Below, one piece after another: positions 1 to 8,840 of a stretch of DNA of 22,312 nt. The notes beneath the pieces are model-generated. The model was not told where the DNA came from, made no database searches, and saw only the letters and a program-made list of their open reading frames with translations. The translations under genes were made by a program, and so were the position numbers. How positions within the stretch are numbered: the stretch's first letter is position 1; each line of letters starts with the position of its first letter. This DNA comes from a candidate division WOR-3 bacterium (GTDB lineage Bacteria; Hydrothermota; Hydrothermia; LBFQ01; DSFT01), in assembly GCA_965649115.1 (NCBI GenBank), contig CBFGJN010000024.1, forward strand, positions 1-22,312, read 5' to 3'.

Positions 1-91
1 CTCTTCTTGGATGTATAGCATCAACTGGACAAACTTGAACACATTCACCACTCTTGGTCCCTATACAAGGTTGTGTTATTACATATGCCAT
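1..91 (-). CDS. Ferredoxin, second copy (5' part only; runs off the window edge)
   Basis: ATG at 91 (minus) encodes MAYVITQPCIGTKSGECVQVCPVDAIHPRR. 1..91 matches 890..980 with 2 synonymous mismatches. Preceded by SD AGGAGG (AGAAAGGAGGTTAGAAGATG). Not in the ORF track. Confidence 0.9.
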   Translation of the reverse strand, partial: MAYVITQPCIGTKSGECVQVCPVDAIHPRR

Positions 92-94
92 CTT

Positions 95-340
95 CTAACC
101 TCCTTTCTTGCTCGGAATTAAAATAACATAAACATTATCACCAAAAATTTTCCTTATGTTATTATCAATAATAACACTTTTTTCTAAAATTTTCTTGTAA
201 TTTCCATTATTAATTCTACATTCAATGATAACCATCTCTTCATTTTCGTAAACTTGATAAGAAATTTCAATACTTTCTAAATTTAATTTTTCTTTTTTGA
301 GTTCTTTCTTTAAAATTGATATAACTTCTTTTTCTTTCAT
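95..340 (-). CDS. Small hypothetical protein (81 aa), possible HEPN partner
   Basis: ORF overlaps the HEPN stop by 4 bp (ATGA coupling). Its 3' end carries the SD of the next ferredoxin. No MNT GS/DxD motif seen. Confidence 0.7.
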   Translation of the reverse strand: MKEKEVISILKKELKKEKLNLESIEISYQVYENEEMVIIECRINNGNYKKILEKSVIIDNNIRKIFGDNVYVILIPSKKGG

Positions 341-702
341 AGCAAACCTATAAGGATTTTAGATAATAACTTAGCTTGTTTAAGATGTTTATAATCTATC
401 CTCTTAGACAATCTATAATCTGCTTGAATTCTCAAAGCAAATAACTGACGGAAGTAAGAATCTACCTTTGGGTTTTTATATTCTTTTTCTATTAAACGCC
501 TTATAAAATTGTGGATGTTTGGAACTTCAAAAATTCTTTCCTTATAACCTTTTGAGATTAATCGTTCCTTTGCATAGTGAAAAACACCATAGTAATATCT
601 ACTAATTAATGTTCTCGTTAATGATTCGTTTTTAGATTTAAATTTCCTTTCTATACTTCTTGAAATTCTAATAAATTCAAGTCCTTTCACAAAGAGCCCC
701 AC
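337..702 (-). CDS. HEPN domain protein (UPF0332-like)
   Basis: Motifs ISRYYYGVFH, central H (NIHN) and LRIQADY match the SRxYYAxFH...H...RxxADY pattern of this HEPN group. Confidence 0.8.
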   Translation of the reverse strand: MGLFVKGLEFIRISRSIERKFKSKNESLTRTLISRYYYGVFHYAKERLISKGYKERIFEVPNIHNFIRRLIEKEYKNPKVDSYFRQLFALRIQADYRLSKRIDYKHLKQAKLLSKILIGLL

Positions 703-980
703 TTTTTAATAAATTCCTCTTTACTCAAACGATAGTAATCTGCATTCTTCTCTTTAAATTGAGACCACTCAGATGGGACATCATTTTCTTGATATATAGC
801 ACTAACAGGACATACCGAAGCACAAGCTCCACAATCTATACAAGTGTTAGGGTCTATATATAGCTGTGTTGTCTCGTCCCAATTCTCATCTCTTCTTGGA
901 TGTATAGCATCAACTGGACAAACTTGAACACACTCACCACTCTTAGTCCCTATACAAGGTTGTGTTATTACATATGCCAT
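687..980 (-). CDS. fdxA: 7Fe-type (3Fe-4S/4Fe-4S) dicluster ferredoxin
   Basis: AYVITQPCIGTKSGECVQVCPVD and CIDCGACASVCPVSAIY motifs typical of FdxA/7Fe ferredoxins. Confidence 0.92.
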   Translation of the reverse strand: MAYVITQPCIGTKSGECVQVCPVDAIHPRRDENWDETTQLYIDPNTCIDCGACASVCPVSAIYQENDVPSEWSQFKEKNADYYRLSKEEFIKKWGSL

Positions 981-989
981 AGCTTGAAA

Positions 990-995
990 ATTTTA
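990..995 (-). promoter_or_regulatory. Putative -10 box (TAAAAT) of a near-leaderless transcript
   Basis: CCCTT-TAAAAT-9 nt-ATG(980), no SD. The same arrangement recurs at many operon starts. Confidence 0.6.
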
Positions 996-1017
996 AAGGG
1001 AAAAATTTATAGAGTTG

Positions 1018-1222
1018 TGCTTTGTCCAATAATTCGGAAATTATATTCATTTCTACACTTTCCCACCCACCCTGAAATTAAGCCTTCGGCTTTAAAATAC
1101 CCATTTTTTGCTTTGGGGGGCAGAGCCCCCCCTAATAATCCCCCCAATAAATCAACAATTTCCTTAAAAATTTTATAAATTATTGATTATCAAGGATTTA
1201 ACAATAATTATTGGACAAAGCA
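1018..1222 (-). mobile_element. MITE copy A (205 bp, complete)
   Basis: Perfect TIR TGCTTTGTCCAATAATT / AATTATTGGACAAAGCA. 9-bp direct repeat ATAGAGTTG at 1009-1017 and 1223-1231. Confidence 0.9.
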
Positions 1223-1231
1223 ATAGAGTTG

Positions 1232-1460
1232 TGCTGTGTTTAGTAATTCTAAAAATATATATTTTCTATGTTTTTTCCACCCACCCTGAAATTAAGCTTT
1301 CAGCTTAAAAATACCCATAATCAAGCGGACGGCTTTAAAATAACCCAATCTTATGCCCTGGGAACAGAGCCTCCCTTAAATTCTCGCCGTTGATATTAAG
1401 TACCAATTTTCGGTAAGGGGGTGTAAGCCTCCTACAAAAAACCCCATTAAAAATTCAGAA
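1232..1460 (-). mobile_element. MITE copy B (one end retained, degenerate and internally rearranged)
   Basis: Starts TGCTGTGTTTAGTAATTCT, contains CCACCCACCC and TTAAGCTTTCAGCTTAA, then decayed repeats of internal segments. Right boundary approximate. Confidence 0.7.
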
Positions 1461-1475
1461 ATTTTTGCCTGCCTA

Positions 1476-1772
1476 TTAAATTTCATTTTTTCTAATAATT
1501 TTTATATCTCTAATATCACCCCCAACGGTACTAATAAACAAACTCCACTTTAAATTTGAATTTTTTATTGTCTCAAACTGCTCAATTGTTGCAATAAGAT
1601 GTTCATAACTAAACGGCTCTAAAAACTTATTGTTATAATAAATTGGTTCTTTTAATAGAGAATTTAAAAAAGAACTTAACCAATAATATTTATTAGGTAA
1701 GAAAATTCTGTATTCATCTTTAAATTCAATATAACCAATTTTTTTACCTGATTTATAAATCTCAAATATCAT
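1476..1772 (-). CDS. Hypothetical protein (98 aa)
   Basis: ORF overlapping the osmC-like stop. No motif recognised. Confidence 0.65.
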   Translation of the reverse strand: MIFEIYKSGKKIGYIEFKDEYRIFLPNKYYWLSSFLNSLLKEPIYYNNKFLEPFSYEHLIATIEQFETIKNSNLKWSLFISTVGGDIRDIKIIRKNEI

Positions 1773-2154
1773 TTAATTTAATTTCGTATTCTATGATTGC
1801 ATTTAAACTAGCTCTTACTGAACAATACTTTTCTTGGGAAAGATGAACTGCTCTCTCGATTTTCTCTTTGTATTGTTCTAAATCTTTTCCATAAAAACTA
1901 TATGTAATTTTAATATATTCAAACTTTCTTGGATATTCCTCTCTTCTTTTACCATTAGCACTAATTTTAAATTTATCATATTTAACTTTCATCTTATCTA
2001 ATATATCAACAATATCTATAGCGGTACAACCCAAAAGAGAAATAAGTAATAATTGCATAGGTTTTGGTGTTTTATCACTCATTATAAACTCTTTACCATC
2101 ATCAGTATGAAACTTGAAACCTTCACTAAAATTATAAAATAAATCAACAGACAT
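1762..2154 (-). CDS. OsmC family protein (YhfA-like)
   Basis: PMQLLLISLLGCTAID...LSQEKYCSV two-Cys OsmC signature. ATG at 2154 preferred over TTG 2160 because TATAAT lies 7 nt upstream (2162-2167). Confidence 0.88.
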   Translation of the reverse strand: MSVDLFYNFSEGFKFHTDDGKEFIMSDKTPKPMQLLLISLLGCTAIDIVDILDKMKVKYDKFKISANGKRREEYPRKFEYIKITYSFYGKDLEQYKEKIERAVHLSQEKYCSVRASLNAIIEYEIKLNDI

Positions 2155-2188
2155 AGCCAAAATTATAAAGGATAAAAATTAGTTTTTT

Positions 2189-2390
2189 TGCCTTGTCTAG
2201 TAATTCTGAAAATATGATTATTTCTTATTTTTCCCACCCACCCAAAAATAAGCCTTCGGCTTTAAATACCCATATTTCGGCATTGGGGGGCTATGCCCCC
2301 CTTCAAAACCCCCACTAAATCAATAGTTTCAGAGAATTTTTGATAAGTTATTGATAATCAATTATTTAACATTATTTACTGGACAAAGCA
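2189..2390 (-). mobile_element. MITE copy C (202 bp, complete)
   Basis: Ends TGCCTTGTCTAGTAA / TTACTGGACAAAGCA and all internal motifs present. Flanks only loosely similar (no perfect TSD). Confidence 0.88.
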
Positions 2391-2399
2391 GAATTAGGT

Positions 2400-2640
2400 T
2401 GCTTTGTCTAGTAATTCTAAAATCATTTATTTTTCTATTTTTCCCCACCCACCCTATAATTGAGCCTTCTGCTCTACTTACCCATATTTCGGCTTGGGGG
2501 GCGGAGCCCCCCATAATTCCCCCATAAAAACAATAATTTTTGCTCACCCTCCTTGAAAATAAAGCTTAGCTTTATAAATTACTGCTTTTCGGCAGTAGGG
2601 GGCAAAGCTCTTCTTAAATTCCTCTAATAAAATTAATATA
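2400..2640 (-). mobile_element. MITE copy D (truncated) plus decayed fragment
   Basis: Starts TGCTTTGTCTAGTAATT 9 bp after copy C, with CCCACCCACCC and GGGGGGCGGAGCCCCCC. A second decayed internal segment follows from ~2545. End approximate. Confidence 0.75.
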
Positions 2641-2671
2641 AGGATTTAGCTCTATTTTATAAGTCCTCCAC

Positions 2672-4477
2672 TTAAAAATCCCATTTATAACCTAGCAGAA
2701 TTTCTCTATTCATTTTAATCAAATCTCTTATATCTTCTGCCCAATTATGATAATAACAAATTGTTCTAAATGGCATAGCTCTATATAGAATTAAAGCTTT
2801 TTTCTTTGAGGTTTTATAAAGCTTTAAAAATCTATCTATATCACACTCAATCTCACCATTTATAACAATTTCATCGTCTTTAATACTTAAAAGTGTTGTT
2901 TTAAACTTGCGATTTATAAAATAAACAGAGTTTCTAATATCTTTAATCCAATCAATATGATGAATTTTAGCTTTTGAATTATTTAAAATTAAATAAGCAA
3001 GTAATTTATAACTTTTTGAAAATCTATAAATAATAAACTTTCTACCATTTACATATATAACAGGATAAAATCGCATAAAATATGCCTTAACTTTATTATT
3101 TTTCCTAATTAAACGTGAGGCACATTCCAATTCTTTGTACTTTTTAATTCTATGATAAGGTTTTTTTAGAAGGAAGGCATATATATTTAAAACAGCTAAA
3201 TTTCCACTTCTTTTAGCAACCTCAACAGCATTTTTTATATTACCATTTAACAAGTACCTTAAAATTAATTCTTGCTTTCTAAATTTTGAAAGTTCAAATT
3301 TGTCTCTCTTTAAGATAATTATTCCTGTTCTTGTTGATTTTTCAAGAAATTTCTTTGCTTCCTTAATTTCTCCAAAATTAAGATGATAAATTCCAAGAGC
3401 AAAATAGTATAAAGATTCATAAATTTTTTCCTTTTTCTCATTATAAATTTTCTCTATTTCTAATTTTAATTTAAACGAATCCTCATACTTTTTATTAGAA
3501 ATTACAATTGCTATTAGTTTTAGAATTTTATAAAGTAATTCATTTTCTCTATCGTTAAATTTATAATCAGAAAATTTAAAAAAGTTCTTAAAATCGCATT
3601 CAAAGAAACAATCATAAAAGTGATTATCACTTAATAATTTTGCTTTTTTAATATTGCCAAGGTTTCTGTAAGTTTTTATAAGTGCTTCTTTTACTTCTTC
3701 ATTATCTTTATATTTTTTTAAGTAACTTGCTAATTGAGAACTAACTTTTGGATTAGCATAAACCAAAAATAAAAATTTTCTTAAAATGTTAATTTTTATA
3801 CTTTTAGGGAGTTTTAAAATGTTCTTTATATGATTTAAGTAAAGAATATAAGCATCAATTTGACGATTTAAGTACAATAGTAAGCCGATTTTTAAAGCGA
3901 AAAATTTATAATAACTTAAAATGAAATTCTTCTTTAAGCACACTTTCATTTGCTTATCAACTTTATTTAAAAATTCCTCATAATTTTCAAATTTATAATT
4001 TTTAAATTGCCATTCCATTAAGTCAGCTCTTAAATAAATTGGAATATATTTAAATGGAATTTTCATTAAAATTGATATATCTTTTGGTTTATAAAGCTTT
4101 AAAATGTTTCTAACCTCCTTATAGTATTGATTCTCAATAAGATAATTTATGAATTGTTCAAGTTTTTCATCTTTTATCTTTTTATAAATATCGTACTTTC
4201 CAAGTTTAATTCTTATTGTTTCAATTGAAATCATTTTTTTAAACTTTTCATAATAAATTTTTTGAATATCCTTTAATGTGAAATGAGGATGCCTTTCCTT
4301 AATTAAGTAAATTCTATATGCTAATTTATCAAATTTAAAAAATCCTTCTTTTCTAATTTTATTAATTGTCCTTCTATTTATTTTTAACATTTTTGAAACT
4401 TTTCTAGCAGAAAAATTTTTTAACATTAAATATATTTTAAACCTTTCATAAATCGTTAATTTTTTAAATTTTGGCAT
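2672..4477 (-). CDS. Putative transcriptional regulator: N-terminal tandem HTH, TPR-like helical region, C-terminal SARP/BTAD-like region
   Basis: N-term LTIYERFKI...SARKVSKMLKINRRTI and HPHFTLKDIQ...ISIETIR resemble transposase-type HTHs. C-term KLLAYLILN...CDIDRF...ALILYR...NWAEDIR resembles SARP wHTH/BTAD start. Confidence 0.6.
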   Translation of the reverse strand: MPKFKKLTIYERFKIYLMLKNFSARKVSKMLKINRRTINKIRKEGFFKFDKLAYRIYLIKERHPHFTLKDIQKIYYEKFKKMISIETIRIKLGKYDIYKKIKDEKLEQFINYLIENQYYKEVRNILKLYKPKDISILMKIPFKYIPIYLRADLMEWQFKNYKFENYEEFLNKVDKQMKVCLKKNFILSYYKFFALKIGLLLYLNRQIDAYILYLNHIKNILKLPKSIKINILRKFLFLVYANPKVSSQLASYLKKYKDNEEVKEALIKTYRNLGNIKKAKLLSDNHFYDCFFECDFKNFFKFSDYKFNDRENELLYKILKLIAIVISNKKYEDSFKLKLEIEKIYNEKKEKIYESLYYFALGIYHLNFGEIKEAKKFLEKSTRTGIIILKRDKFELSKFRKQELILRYLLNGNIKNAVEVAKRSGNLAVLNIYAFLLKKPYHRIKKYKELECASRLIRKNNKVKAYFMRFYPVIYVNGRKFIIYRFSKSYKLLAYLILNNSKAKIHHIDWIKDIRNSVYFINRKFKTTLLSIKDDEIVINGEIECDIDRFLKLYKTSKKKALILYRAMPFRTICYYHNWAEDIRDLIKMNREILLGYKWDF

Positions 4478-4520
4478 ATTTAATTTTGAAATTTTAAAGT
4501 ATTTTTTAAAAATTGCTAAA

Positions 4521-4550
4521 AAAGTTTATAAGTTATTGATTAACAAAAAA
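4521..4550 (-). repeat. MITE-like remnant or isolated IHF-consensus site in the divergent promoter region
   Basis: TTTATAAGTTATTGATTAACAA resembles the MITE TTGATTATCAA segment. The minus strand reads AATCAATAACTTA (WATCAAN4TTR). Confidence 0.4.
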
Positions 4551-4605
4551 TTATTAAAAACTAAATTTAGAATTTCATTTTATAATTTGGCTTTGGAGGT
4601 AGAAT

Positions 4606-4812
4606 ATGAAAAGGTTGATGATAAGCCAAAGCCTGATGCTTGCCCTAATCGGGATAATAAATGCAGGTCCTGATGATAATTCAAGAGATGGTCCATATTA
4701 TCCTTTCAATAATCCATATAAGACAGTTTTATCTACTAACATCAACCCCACAACCAAAACCTACCTTGTAAAAGCTAATGAATATAGTCAAAAAATCAAT
4801 TTCAAAAAATAA
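4606..4812 (+). CDS. Small putative secreted peptide (68 aa)
   Basis: TATAAT at 4581, SD GGAGGT at 4595, N-terminal MKR plus hydrophobic stretch ending INA (signal-peptide like), hairpin downstream. Confidence 0.75.
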   Translation: MKRLMISQSLMLALIGIINAGPDDNSRDGPYYPFNNPYKTVLSTNINPTTKTYLVKANEYSQKINFKK

Positions 4813-4830
4813 TAGTGGTTCCACCTCCCA

Positions 4831-4855
4831 AGCCCCCTTTTGGGGGCTCATTTTC
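4831..4855 (+). terminator. Hairpin, probable intrinsic terminator or processing stem
   Basis: AGCCCCC-TTTT-GGGGGCT followed by CATTTTC (weak U tract). Confidence 0.6.
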
Positions 4856-4860
4856 AAAAT

Positions 4861-5805
4861 ATGATTACTTTAATTTTAAATTTTGCCAAAGAGGATATAT
4901 ATTTTATAGATTCGTATTTAAGAAATGTTATTGTTTTTAGTTTAAGTAGAGCAAAAAGAATGAGCAAACTTATTAGAATTTATCCGATTGATTATGACCC
5001 ATCTTCATTCGTTATAACATATCCAAAATCAAATGTCTATAAATGCGATAATAATTTATGCTTAGAATTTTCAAATTCATTAGTCTTTACAAGTCTTCAA
5101 ATTGACAGTACAAAAATCTATATTTTAAAACCAAATGAAATTGAAGATAGCATTTTAAAAGAATTGAAAATTTCAAAAGAACAAGACATTCTTATTTTTA
5201 AAATTTCATTATCTATCTTGCCTGATACAACAAAACCAAAAATTAAATATGTTTATTCTTATGTTTCATTATCTTTTATATTTCCTTATGGCTTTGAGAT
5301 ATTTAATTACACTTCTGATATTGAAGGAAAATGGCGAATGGTGAAAAATGTTATAAATTTTTATGCTTTAAATGTTCAGAAATTAAATTTATATATTGCT
5401 TTCAAGCCGAATTACGATACTTTAACAAGAGAACTATACAAATTAAGCAGCGAAACTGAAAAATTCAAGTGTTTTGAACCTTATAAGGTGAAGGAAGAAA
5501 TTGATTTTGATATCGGAAGTGCAGAAATAAAAGATGAATATAAACCAGTTCTTGAAAAAATCTACTACGATATTGATTGGAAAAATATAAAAGAACTTAT
5601 AATTGAGGGTTATGCAGATAGCTTGCCTATCAGAGGAGAACTAACAAAAAAGTATCCGTCAAATTGGGAGCTGTCTTCTGCAAGAGCTTTATCAGTTGCC
5701 AAGTTCCTTATGAGTCTTGGTGCTCCTGCTAATAAACTAAAACTATCATATACAGGCGAATATAGGAAATCTCAAAGAAAAGTTGAATTTTATATTGTGA
5801 GGTGA
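4861..5805 (+). CDS. OmpA/MotB-like C-terminal peptidoglycan-binding domain protein
   Basis: IDFDIGSAEI...IIEGYAD...PSNWELSSARALSVAKFL motif. ATG 4861 preferred because TTG 4840 is inside the hairpin. Confidence 0.8.
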   Translation: MITLILNFAKEDIYFIDSYLRNVIVFSLSRAKRMSKLIRIYPIDYDPSSFVITYPKSNVYKCDNNLCLEFSNSLVFTSLQIDSTKIYILKPNEIEDSILKELKISKEQDILIFKISLSILPDTTKPKIKYVYSYVSLSFIFPYGFEIFNYTSDIEGKWRMVKNVINFYALNVQKLNLYIAFKPNYDTLTRELYKLSSETEKFKCFEPYKVKEEIDFDIGSAEIKDEYKPVLEKIYYDIDWKNIKELIIEGYADSLPIRGELTKKYPSNWELSSARALSVAKFLMSLGAPANKLKLSYTGEYRKSQRKVEFYIVR

Positions 5806-5808
5806 GAT

Positions 5809-7917
5809 ATGTACTACTTTAAGAAATACTACAAGCTTTTTATATTAAATTTATTATTATTTCTTTCAATAACACTAATTATTAGCTTTGTCCAAAAATC
5901 ACAAAAATTATTTGTTTGGGAAGCAAAATTAATTGTTGAAGAAAACAACAATAGAAATCAAGATGAAAATTTAATGAATTACATTTATCCTACAAGGGAA
6001 AATGAACCTTATTATCAGAAAATTATTGATTATATAATAAGTAATCACACAATAAAAAAATTTATTTCATTATATAACTACAATTTTGAGATTGTTCAAA
6101 AAGAACCAAAAAATTTAAAAATTAAGAAAATTGAAATATATAAACCATTTGAAAAAGGCATTTATAAATTTAAAACGAATGAAAAGAATGAAAACTATTT
6201 TATTTTATCAAATCAAGAAGGCTATATTAAAGTAAAGTTTCTTGACTATGATAATTCAGTTAAAAAATTTACTTCAAAATTAAATTTGAGAGTTACAAGT
6301 TCATCTGAATTTTTAAAAGGTAAAAATCTCCCTCAATTCTCACCAAACATCATTCATTTATCATTTAGTTCAAAAGATGAATATGAAGGAGAAATTTTTA
6401 AGAATTTCATAAACTTCTTATTTGAAGATAATTTGAATCAAAAAAAAGAAACTTATAGCAAATTAAAAACACTTATAAAAAATCAAATTGATTATTATAA
6501 TAGTGAAATTGAAAACATAGATGAAAAAATAAAAAACATTAAACTTGAAATCGTAAATAAACCAAATGTTTTAAATGATATTGTTTTTCAGGAGTATATG
6601 ACAAATTTTGAAATTAACAATTTAATTAATTACTTAAATAATAATGGGAAATACATAATTAGTCAAGATAGTGCTTTAAATAATTATCTAATAAAAATTT
6701 CTATTATGGAAGATTCGTTAAGAATTCTAACCTTAAAATATGGTAAGGAAAGTGGAGAATACAAATACTACAAAATGATATTAGATAGTTTAAAAACGAA
6801 TTTAAAAAATGTTATTCAAAAAAGAATTATATATTTGAATGAAAAGTTAAAATTATTAAAAAATCAAGAAGGTCAATTTAAGGAAGTGTCAGATAAGACA
6901 ATTGAGCTTGAAAATGAATTGTCTAAATTAAATACTCAGAAACAATCAATAATGGAGATTTTATCTTTACTTAATAAAAAGTTAAAAGAAATTGAAATGG
7001 AAGAAGTTAGCATGAAAAATGACTTCAAATTATTCCAAATCTCAGAAAATCCTATTATTAAAAGTAAATTGAATAGTTTAAGCAGAAATATATTATTTTC
7101 AATACTTTTTTCACTTGTATTTTCAATTATCGTTGTTCTTTTAAAGGAATATCTAAAAAGAACAATTAGAAATAAGGAGGAATTAGAAATTAAACTAAAT
7201 ATTAAAAATAGTTTTGAAATCCCACTGGTAAATGAAGAAGAAAACACACCTTTAAATGTCTATCTTTCAAAAAATTTTCAAAAAATTTTAAATGGTTCTT
7301 ATGCGATTGAAAGTTTTAGAATAATGGTTTTAAAATCCATCTTAAACAAAAATATGAATTTAATTGGAATAACAAGTTCTATCCAAGGTGATGGTAAAAC
7401 ATTTATAACATTAAATACTTGTGCTATTTTAGCTATGATGAAAAATAATGTTCTTATGATTGATACTGATTTAAGAAAGAAAAGTTTGAGCCACTATTTT
7501 TCTTTAAATAATGAAAAAGGTTTATCAAACATTATTGAAGACTTAAATTATAAGAATTTGATATATGAATTGAATGGGAATTTATTTTTAGTTCCCGCTG
7601 GAAATGAAATTATTGACCCTCTTGGTGTATTTATTAGTTCTAAATTCAAAAATTTTATTGATTATATTTCAAATCATTTTGAATATATAATTTTTGACCT
7701 TCCTCCAATTCTTGGAATATCAGAAACAAGTGTTATTATTGAACACTTAGATAGTGTTTTATTTGTTATAAGAGTTGATAAGACAACAATTTCTCAAATT
7801 TTAAATGCTCTTGAACTTATAAATAGTCAAAAAATTTCAGCATATATTATAAATGGCGTTGAATTTAAGACTGATTATTATGATTATTACTATTATAAAC
7901 AAAAGGTTTTCAAATGA
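5809..7917 (+). CDS. Wzc/Etk-like BY tyrosine kinase (polysaccharide co-polymerase type)
   Basis: Two TM segments with coiled-coil loop, Walker A SSIQGDGKT, A' LMIDTDLR, B IIFDLPP, C-terminal Tyr cluster DYYDYYYY. Confidence 0.88.
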   Translation: MYYFKKYYKLFILNLLLFLSITLIISFVQKSQKLFVWEAKLIVEENNNRNQDENLMNYIYPTRENEPYYQKIIDYIISNHTIKKFISLYNYNFEIVQKEPKNLKIKKIEIYKPFEKGIYKFKTNEKNENYFILSNQEGYIKVKFLDYDNSVKKFTSKLNLRVTSSSEFLKGKNLPQFSPNIIHLSFSSKDEYEGEIFKNFINFLFEDNLNQKKETYSKLKTLIKNQIDYYNSEIENIDEKIKNIKLEIVNKPNVLNDIVFQEYMTNFEINNLINYLNNNGKYIISQDSALNNYLIKISIMEDSLRILTLKYGKESGEYKYYKMILDSLKTNLKNVIQKRIIYLNEKLKLLKNQEGQFKEVSDKTIELENELSKLNTQKQSIMEILSLLNKKLKEIEMEEVSMKNDFKLFQISENPIIKSKLNSLSRNILFSILFSLVFSIIVVLLKEYLKRTIRNKEELEIKLNIKNSFEIPLVNEEENTPLNVYLSKNFQKILNGSYAIESFRIMVLKSILNKNMNLIGITSSIQGDGKTFITLNTCAILAMMKNNVLMIDTDLRKKSLSHYFSLNNEKGLSNIIEDLNYKNLIYELNGNLFLVPAGNEIIDPLGVFISSKFKNFIDYISNHFEYIIFDLPPILGISETSVIIEHLDSVLFVIRVDKTTISQILNALELINSQKISAYIINGVEFKTDYYDYYYYKQKVFK

Positions 7918-8840
7918 GATTTTTCTATTTATTATTTCTAATTTATTTTTTATTCATTATTACAAATCAACACAGATTAAGAAGTTCTCTAAATTATGTA
8001 AAAACAATAAATGATTATAGATTGGTTTATGATGGAGGTATTAAATTGGCAAGTTCAAGAGAAACCATTAAAAAAGCTCTAACTATTGCTTATTACATTT
8101 TTGAGTTAAAACAAAATAAAAAACGAAAAACTTGGATTACTGAAAATCCAATAAAAATTTATGAAATTTATAGAAATGATAACTTTGTTGGCTCTTGCTA
8201 TAATGATGCAATTTTATTTAATTTTTTAGCAAAAAATGCTAATATAAATTCAAGGATTGTAGAATTAGCGAGTTCTGATGGTCTTGGAGGTAATGGTCAT
8301 ACAATAAATGAATTTTATTCAGATGAATATAAGAAATGGATTATGATTGATGTTAATTTAGGAATAATGTTTTTTGATTTTAATAAAACTCCACTTTCTG
8401 CATATGAAGTTAGAAAATTGGCTTTAAGTAGTAAGAATGTTGAGGATTTTCTAAGTAAGGTCGTTCTATTGAAATTAAATAGAAATGTCTCAAAAAAAAT
8501 TATTTGGCGATATTATTTTAGTAATTCAAGGGAATTTTTGATAATTGAAGATGATCTTATTGCTAAAAATTATGGAAGAAAAATTGCTTATTTTTTTGAA
8601 GATATGAATTGTGAATTTTGTGTTAAATTTGGAAGATTTTTAAGAAGTCTTTTTTCACCAATTTTTAGAATTAGAATACAAGATGAATATAGTCCTAAAA
8701 TTTATTATAGAATTTATTTTTGGACATTTCAATTTCTTTTTGCTACCTTTGTATTCATCAATATATATTACTTTTCAAAATTTATTAAGAATGTTTTCTT
8801 CTCAAATAAACCCCCCAAATCCAAAATACGGGAATTTTAA
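7914..8840 (+). CDS. Transglutaminase-like (Cys-His-Asp) membrane-anchored protein
   Basis: GSCYNDAILF...GHTINEFY...KWIMIDVN spacing typical of transglutaminase-like cores. N- and C-terminal hydrophobic helices. Confidence 0.75.
   Translation: MRFFYLLFLIYFLFIITNQHRLRSSLNYVKTINDYRLVYDGGIKLASSRETIKKALTIAYYIFELKQNKKRKTWITENPIKIYEIYRNDNFVGSCYNDAILFNFLAKNANINSRIVELASSDGLGGNGHTINEFYSDEYKKWIMIDVNLGIMFFDFNKTPLSAYEVRKLALSSKNVEDFLSKVVLLKLNRNVSKKIIWRYYFSNSREFLIIEDDLIAKNYGRKIAYFFEDMNCEFCVKFGRFLRSLFSPIFRIRIQDEYSPKIYYRIYFWTFQFLFATFVFINIYYFSKFIKNVFFSNKPPKSKIREF

Noticed and set aside
900..1178. 92-aa plus-strand ORF
   Set aside because: Antisense to ferredoxin and runs through MITE A; a shadow ORF.
2362..2547. 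61-aa ORF
   Set aside because: Lies within MITE copies C and D.
2672..4477. 601-aa protein as the MITE transposase
   Set aside because: No DDE catalytic region recognised and it is not bounded by a TIR pair.
6936..7247. 103-aa minus ORF
   Set aside because: Antisense shadow of the Wzc-like gene.
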